A stretch of 64,000 nucleotides of DNA from a candidate division CPR2 bacterium GW2011_GWC2_39_35 (GTDB lineage: Bacteria; Patescibacteriota; CPR2), in assembly GCA_000995065.1 (NCBI GenBank), contig LBWX01000001.1:159563-223562 (forward strand), written 5' to 3'. The notes below the pieces were generated by a model, which was not told the DNA's origin, searched no databases, and saw nothing but the letters and a program-made list of their open reading frames with translations. A program made the translations under genes and the position numbers. Positions 58,841 through 64,000 of this stretch are shown here, piece after piece (the stretch's first letter is position 1; the number at the start of each line of letters is the position of its first letter).

Positions 58841-60142
58841 ATGAAAAGAACACTATCATCTCAAGTTCCAAAATCTATCGGTAAAGAAGTTTTAGTCGAG
58901 GGCTGGATTCACAAAATCCGGAAGCTGGGCGGCATAAATTTCCTGGTAATCCGCGATCGATCCGGACTAGTGCAAGCTATTGTAGGGGGCGAGGAGGCCA
59001 TAGAAAAGCTAAAGGATTTAACAACCGAAACTGTGGTTAAAATTATTGGTAACGTCGTTAAAGAAGACAGGGCTCCTGGTGGGGCAGAAATTCACGTAAC
59101 AACCGTAGAGGTTTTATCGCCGGTAAAAGAAGATCTGCCAGTAGAAATCAATAAGAAAGACCTTAATGTTAATCTGGATACTTTATTCGATTGGCGGCCA
59201 ATTACTTTAAGAGCCCCCAAGCAAAGAGCAATATTTAAGGTCCAAGCCGAGATTCTTTCGGCTTGGAGAGATTTCTTTAAGGAAAACGACTTTACCGAAA
59301 TTAACACTCCGAAAATAGTTGAAGCAGGCGCCGAAACGGGTGGCGCCGAAATGTTCGAGATAAAATATTTTAAGAAGAAAGCATTTCTTGCGCAAAGCCC
59401 ACAACTATATAAGGAGATAATGGCCGGCGTATTTGAACGAGTTTTTGAAACGGCTTATGCCTACAGAGCCGAGCCTCATTCTACATCGAGACATATAAAC
59501 GAATACCTAAGCCTTGATATGGAAATGGGCTTTATAGATAGTTGGATGGATCTTATAAACATTCATCAGGAGTTAATTAAGTTTATTCTAGAAAGCCTCA
59601 AGAAAAATGCCAAAGCCGAATTTGAGCTTTTGGGAGCAACATTGCCCGAATATGTAAAAATTCCGGTAATTAAGCTTCGAGAAGCTCAGGAAATTCTAGA
59701 AAAAGAATATGGGGAAAAATGCGTTGGCGAACCGGATTTAGAACCCCGGCACGAAAAGCAAATCTGTGAGTATTCAAATAAGAAATGGGGAACCGAGTTT
59801 ATCTTTATTACTCACTATCCAAGCAAAAAGCGGCCTTTTTATACAATGGATGATCCGGAAAGCCCCGAAGAAACTTTAAGCTTCGATCTTTTATTTAGAG
59901 GCCTCGAAGTAACAACCGGAAGCCAAAGAATTCATAGATATGAAGATCATTTAGAAAAAATGAGGAAGAGAGGCATGAGCACAAAGGGATTTGAAGATTA
60001 TTTAAACGTCTTTAAATACGGTATGCCGCCTCATGGTGGCTTCTGCCAAGGACTGGAGAGACTAACAGCTCGTTTTCTGGAATTAGATAACGTGAAAGAA
60101 GCCAGCCTATTCCCTAGAGATATGAATAGATTGAGACCATAA
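58841..60142 (+). CDS. aspS: aspartate--tRNA ligase, archaeal/short type (possibly non-discriminating)
   Basis: OB anticodon-binding N-domain and class II motifs (FRAE, GGFCQGLERL). ~430-aa length typical of the archaeal-type enzyme. Confidence 0.75.
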   Translation: MKRTLSSQVPKSIGKEVLVEGWIHKIRKLGGINFLVIRDRSGLVQAIVGGEEAIEKLKDLTTETVVKIIGNVVKEDRAPGGAEIHVTTVEVLSPVKEDLPVEINKKDLNVNLDTLFDWRPITLRAPKQRAIFKVQAEILSAWRDFFKENDFTEINTPKIVEAGAETGGAEMFEIKYFKKKAFLAQSPQLYKEIMAGVFERVFETAYAYRAEPHSTSRHINEYLSLDMEMGFIDSWMDLINIHQELIKFILESLKKNAKAEFELLGATLPEYVKIPVIKLREAQEILEKEYGEKCVGEPDLEPRHEKQICEYSNKKWGTEFIFITHYPSKKRPFYTMDDPESPEETLSFDLLFRGLEVTTGSQRIHRYEDHLEKMRKRGMSTKGFEDYLNVFKYGMPPHGGFCQGLERLTARFLELDNVKEASLFPRDMNRLRP

Positions 60143-60317
60143 GAATCCAGAGAAAGAATTAGAATTATGAGTAAAGAATAAAGTATAGGAATAAAAACAA
60201 GCACTCTCAAGCTTAACTCTGCATTTCATGTTCATTATTCTAAATACTTTATACTCAATTCTTTATTCTAGTTTCATTGGTCACATTTTAGCTTATTAAA
60301 CATTTTGCCTGTATAAT

Positions 60318-61019
60318 ATGATTATGACCTACACCATAAAAATATTACAATTCGAAGGTCCTCTAGACCTTTTGCTTCAGCTCACCCTGAAAGAAAAGTT
60401 AGAGATTACCGAAGTTTCGCTTTCAAAAATTACCGAGGAGTACTTAACTTATATCGATAAATTTAAAGTAAACGCCGGCCAGCTTGCCGAATTCTTAAAT
60501 ATTTCAAGTAAACTTTTATATTTAAAATCAAGAGCTCTCTTGCCCTCAGTTAAAACCGAGGAAGAGGAAGAAGATATCGAGAAGCTAAAAGATCAGCTCG
60601 AAGAATATAAAAGGTATAAAGAAGCTGCTAAAAAACTGCACGAAATCTTAAATAAAAAAGAAGTTAGTTTTGCCACAAGAGGAAAATCCAAATTTAAGAA
60701 TGATTTTTTTGAACCGCCGTCTGCAGATGCCAAAATTCTCTTAGAAATTTTTAAAAGCGTTTTAAATAAAATGCCCGACCCCGAAAAACTCCCGGAGAAA
60801 AGCGTTATAAAGCAGGTAACTTTAGAAGAAAAGTACGCTGAAATTGAATCAATTCTTAAAAAGAACAAAACCATTGAACTATCGGCTATACTAAAAGAGA
60901 TGAAATCGAAAATAGAAATTGTTATAACTTTCCTTGCAATTCTAGAAATGGTTAAGCAGAAAGTAGTGGTAGTAAAACAAAGTTCAAATTTTTCTGAAGT
61001 AAGTATCATAAAGGTGTAA
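60318..61019 (+). CDS. scpA: segregation and condensation protein A (kleisin)
   Basis: FEGPLDLLLQL N-terminal signature. Extended -10 TGTATAAT at 60306. Confidence 0.8.
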   Translation: MIMTYTIKILQFEGPLDLLLQLTLKEKLEITEVSLSKITEEYLTYIDKFKVNAGQLAEFLNISSKLLYLKSRALLPSVKTEEEEEDIEKLKDQLEEYKRYKEAAKKLHEILNKKEVSFATRGKSKFKNDFFEPPSADAKILLEIFKSVLNKMPDPEKLPEKSVIKQVTLEEKYAEIESILKKNKTIELSAILKEMKSKIEIVITFLAILEMVKQKVVVVKQSSNFSEVSIIKV

Positions 61020-61022
61020 AGT

Positions 61023-61529
61023 ATGGAATTAAAACAAATCTTAGAAAGCCTGCTTCTAGTAGCCGAGAAACCGGTTTCTCTTGAAGAACTGTGTGTGACG
61101 CTAGAACAAGACAAAGAAACCGTTCTAGAGGCCTTAAATGACCTCACGGAGGAGTTTTCCAGTAAAGGTATCAACATCATCTGCAGCAATGATGAGTTTG
61201 AGATGGTCTCCAGTCCCAAAAACGCTAATTGGGTTATGCGATTTTTAAATCAGGAGTTAAAAAATGACTTAGCTCAATCGGCTTTAGAGGTCTTAGCCAT
61301 TATCCTTTACAAACAACCGATAACCAGAGGCGAAATCGAGCAAATTCGAGGCGTAAATTCGGATCAATCGGTAAGAAATTTGCTTATTAGGGGACTTATC
61401 GAAGAAAAAGGCCGAAAAGATACCCCCGGAAAGCCGATCCTATTCGGCACAAGCATTAATCTTCTAAAACATTTTGGTTTTTCGTCCAAAGAAGACATCC
61501 CGAAACTAGAGGAAATTACTAATGATTAA
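61023..61529 (+). CDS. scpB: segregation and condensation protein B
   Basis: Tandem winged-helix signatures (PITRGEIEQIRGV). Confidence 0.8.
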   Translation: MELKQILESLLLVAEKPVSLEELCVTLEQDKETVLEALNDLTEEFSSKGINIICSNDEFEMVSSPKNANWVMRFLNQELKNDLAQSALEVLAIILYKQPITRGEIEQIRGVNSDQSVRNLLIRGLIEEKGRKDTPGKPILFGTSINLLKHFGFSSKEDIPKLEEITND

Positions 61530-62124
61530 GGCCATCGTTTTTGATTTCGGCGATGTTTTAGCTGATGACGGTTTTAAAATGGCCCGCGAAGCAATCTTGG
61601 ATACCCGTAAGTACCCGCAAGAACTTGTAGATCACGCTTTCGAAAATAACCTATGGCACGATTGGGATAAAGGGCTTGTTCCCTCCAAAGAGTACTGGGA
61701 TGAATTCGCAAAGATTTTAGGCAAAAGAAATATGAGGAAAGTAAAAAAATTCATGGTCAAAAACACTAAGCTAAGACCTAGAATGATTGATTTAGTTAAA
61801 TCTTTAAAAGCCCATTACAAAGTCGGCCTTTTAAGTAACACCGTGCCGGAGTTAAAAAAAGAAGTGAATAAGCTAAACGGTTTGTTCGATGAATTCATCT
61901 TGTCTTATAAAGTGCACATGAGAAAACCTGATAAAGAAATATATCTTTTAACAGCCGAGAAACTAGACTTAAAGCCAGAAGAGTGCCTGTTTATAGATGA
62001 TAGGGAATATGTGTTAGATGCTGCCCTAGAATGTGGATTCGAAGGGATTTTGTTTAAATCCGAAAAGGGGCTTACCCAGGAGCTTAAGGAAAGACAGCTA
62101 TGGAACGAATTAATAAATATTTAG
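61522..62124 (+). CDS. HAD-superfamily hydrolase
   Basis: Motif I FDFGDVL and motif IV-type DD near the C-terminus. Confidence 0.65.
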   Translation: MIKAIVFDFGDVLADDGFKMAREAILDTRKYPQELVDHAFENNLWHDWDKGLVPSKEYWDEFAKILGKRNMRKVKKFMVKNTKLRPRMIDLVKSLKAHYKVGLLSNTVPELKKEVNKLNGLFDEFILSYKVHMRKPDKEIYLLTAEKLDLKPEECLFIDDREYVLDAALECGFEGILFKSEKGLTQELKERQLWNELINI

Positions 62125-62786
62125 CAAGAGCAGGGCTCGGATCTAGAAGAAACGTTGAGGAATTAATTCAAAAAGGTATGGTTAAAATTGATGGCGAAAC
62201 GGCCACTTTAACGAGCAAGGTAGCAGAAAACAGCACTGTTGCCGTAAATGATGAAAAAATATCGCCAAAGGAATTAGTTTACTTAGTAATCAACAAGCCC
62301 AAAGGGTACATTACAACCCTTAAAGATCCGTATGCTAAGAAAAAAATAACAGATATTTTGCCGGAAGAATTTAACAATCTCTCTCCGGTAGGAAGACTCG
62401 ATAAAGATACAACCGGACTTTTAATCCTAACAAATGACGGAGACTTAGCTTATAGATTGACTCATCCTAAACATGAAAAAGAGAAGGAATACGTTGTTAA
62501 GGCGATTCCGGAACCAAAAGAAGTAGACTTAGACAAATTAAGAAAAGGGATTTTGCTAGAAGATGGCAAAACAAAACCGGCTAAAATAGCAAAAGAAGAC
62601 AATAAAATAAGCATTATTATTACCGAAGGAAGAAAAAGGCAGATAAGAAGAATGTTTGAGGCAATTGGCTATAAAGTGACAGAATTAAAAAGAATAAGAA
62701 TAGGAAGCTTACTTATTGGTAAGTTAGAAGAAGGGGAGTTTCGTTTTTTAAATAATAAAGAAATTTGCGACCTAAAAAATGACTAA
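62100..62786 (+). CDS. rRNA pseudouridine synthase (RsuA/RluB family) with N-terminal S4 domain
   Basis: S4 RINKYLARAGLGSRR and catalytic VGRLDKDTTGLLILTNDG. Confidence 0.8.
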   Translation: MERINKYLARAGLGSRRNVEELIQKGMVKIDGETATLTSKVAENSTVAVNDEKISPKELVYLVINKPKGYITTLKDPYAKKKITDILPEEFNNLSPVGRLDKDTTGLLILTNDGDLAYRLTHPKHEKEKEYVVKAIPEPKEVDLDKLRKGILLEDGKTKPAKIAKEDNKISIIITEGRKRQIRRMFEAIGYKVTELKRIRIGSLLIGKLEEGEFRFLNNKEICDLKND

Positions 62787-63702
62787 AGCCGTAATCATAA
62801 TTTTAATAATCTCAGATTTAATTCTCCCCAAATCCTTAGCTTTAAAAATTGAGGATCATTTTATTAAAAATAATCCGGAGAATGGACAAAAAATCGCTGT
62901 GACTTTAACAAATCAGGTAAAAGGCAAGCCCATCTCTATACACAAAACACCATCAAAGGTTAATGAACAATCTATTTATTCAGGAAGTTCCGAAATTATC
63001 TACGCTATCGATCTGAACACAAATTTTGTTCTGACCGATAAAAATGGGCAACAGAAGTTTCCCATGGCAAGCCTTACCAAATTAATGACAGCTCATATTG
63101 CGTTTAACGAATTAGATCTAAATAAAATCGTCACCGTGCCAAATTACAATCTGAACTCCAAAGATTCCAGAATGGGCCTTATTCCGGGAGAAAAAATGAG
63201 CGTCCGAGATCTGTTATACGGCCTTTTGGTCCAGTCTGCCGGAGATGCTGCCCTTACCTTAGCAAAAGAGATTTCCGGGAATGATACCGAATTTGCAAAA
63301 CTTATGAATGCTAAAGCAAAAGAGATCGACCTCACGGACACCAACTTTACAAATTCAATCGGCATAGATGACTTCAACCATCATTCTACTGCGAAGGATC
63401 TTGCCGGTTTAACACGAACTTTGATCTTAAAAACAGATTTTAGAAACATGGTTAGCTCAAAGAGTTATATTGCAAAAAGCGAGAGCGGATTAACACATGC
63501 TCTTGAAAATACGAACAAACTGTTAGATAATAAGCTCGTTTTTGGGGTAAAGACCGGAAAAACAGATGCCGCCGGCGAATGCTTAATCTCACTCGCAAAA
63601 GTTGGGGATCACGAAATATTAACGGTGGTTATGGGAAGCGCAAATAGATTTACAGAAACCCAAAACCTTATTAACTGGATAAAGGTAAATTACAAATGGT
63701 AG
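62779..63702 (+). CDS. serine-type D-Ala-D-Ala carboxypeptidase (PBP5/DacA-like)
   Basis: SLTK (SxxK), SAGD (SxN-like) and KTG motifs. Confidence 0.75.
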   Translation: MTKAVIIILIISDLILPKSLALKIEDHFIKNNPENGQKIAVTLTNQVKGKPISIHKTPSKVNEQSIYSGSSEIIYAIDLNTNFVLTDKNGQQKFPMASLTKLMTAHIAFNELDLNKIVTVPNYNLNSKDSRMGLIPGEKMSVRDLLYGLLVQSAGDAALTLAKEISGNDTEFAKLMNAKAKEIDLTDTNFTNSIGIDDFNHHSTAKDLAGLTRTLILKTDFRNMVSSKSYIAKSESGLTHALENTNKLLDNKLVFGVKTGKTDAAGECLISLAKVGDHEILTVVMGSANRFTETQNLINWIKVNYKW

Positions 63703-64000
63703 AAGAAATATCTTACAAACCAATCGTCACAATCGTTGGCAGGCCTAATGTAGGCAAGTCAACTTTATTTAACAGAATTTCCGGCAAAAGAACTGCCATA
63801 ACTTCAGAAGAACCCGGCACCACCAGAGATCGCCTTTATGATGCCGTTACTTGGAATAAAAAAGAATTTATCTTGGTGGATACGGCCGGAATCGAAACCG
63901 AGCTTGAAGACGAATTAGCTGAAGACATTAGAATGCAAATTGATGTCGCCTTAGACGAAGCAGATTATTTTGTATTTGCTGTAGATGCCCAAACCGGTAT
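63696..64000 (+). CDS. der: ribosome-biogenesis GTPase Der/EngA, N-terminal part (runs off window)
   Basis: [13 protein letters not shown]1 and DTAG G3. ATG overlaps the previous stop (ATGGTAG). No stop before the window end. Confidence 0.8.
   Translation, partial: MVEEISYKPIVTIVGRPNVGKSTLFNRISGKRTAITSEEPGTTRDRLYDAVTWNKKEFILVDTAGIETELEDELAEDIRMQIDVALDEADYFVFAVDAQTG

Noticed and set aside
1-64000. CRISPR arrays, rRNA genes, and alternative genetic code (UGA=Gly as in some CPR lineages)
   Set aside because: No regularly spaced direct repeats and no rRNA-like conserved blocks were seen. TGA terminates well-supported genes such as ispG at the expected length, so the standard code applies.

Overview
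This is an AT-rich, compact, mostly plus-strand bacterial stretch that uses the standard genetic code (TGA is used as a stop). The gene content is reminiscent of an uncultivated CPR/Patescibacteria-like bacterium; that is inference only. Housekeeping genes are well supported: gltX, ispG, ispH, prs, typA/bipA, lon, trxB, aspS (archaeal-type), scpA, scpB, a P-type cation ATPase, htpX, a CDF transporter, an ABC exporter pair, a DEAD-box helicase, a Pif1-like helicase, a histidine kinase with a receiver-only response regulator, a PP2C phosphatase, and an N-terminal der fragment at the window's right edge. There are two tRNAs: tRNA-Gln(CTG) at 8318-8392 and tRNA-Glu(CTC) at 51979-52054. The most notable accessory structure is an ~11.4 kb segment bounded by perfect 24-bp direct repeats (8392-8415 and 19809-19832) that starts at the 3' end of tRNA-Gln. 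It carries a large serine recombinase, a nested IS481-like insertion sequence with 12-bp target duplications that disrupts a gene translationally coupled to the recombinase, and a promoter-led cargo operon. The cargo genes are an odd mix: PEP-utilizer swivel domain, SGNH hydrolase, SDR, aldehyde dehydrogenase, class-I glutamine amidotransferase, YfbR-like HD nucleotidase, PTPS/QueD-like protein, MTH1-like Nudix, cupin, XRE regulator and a shikimate-kinase-like P-loop kinase. Other points worth a second look are a promoter-driven tRNA-like small RNA candidate antisense at 37666-37794, a consensus sigma70 promoter driving a leader plus small ORF plus long inverted repeat at 40424-41056, a 1.1-kb non-coding block at 44666-45748, two GC-rich foreign-looking genes (a B12-binding radical SAM protein beside tRNA-Glu and a Cys-rich orphan), a rhodanese-CcdA fusion within a thiol/redox/stress cluster, and a glycosyltransferase frameshifted at an A7 run. 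No CRISPR array or rRNA was seen.
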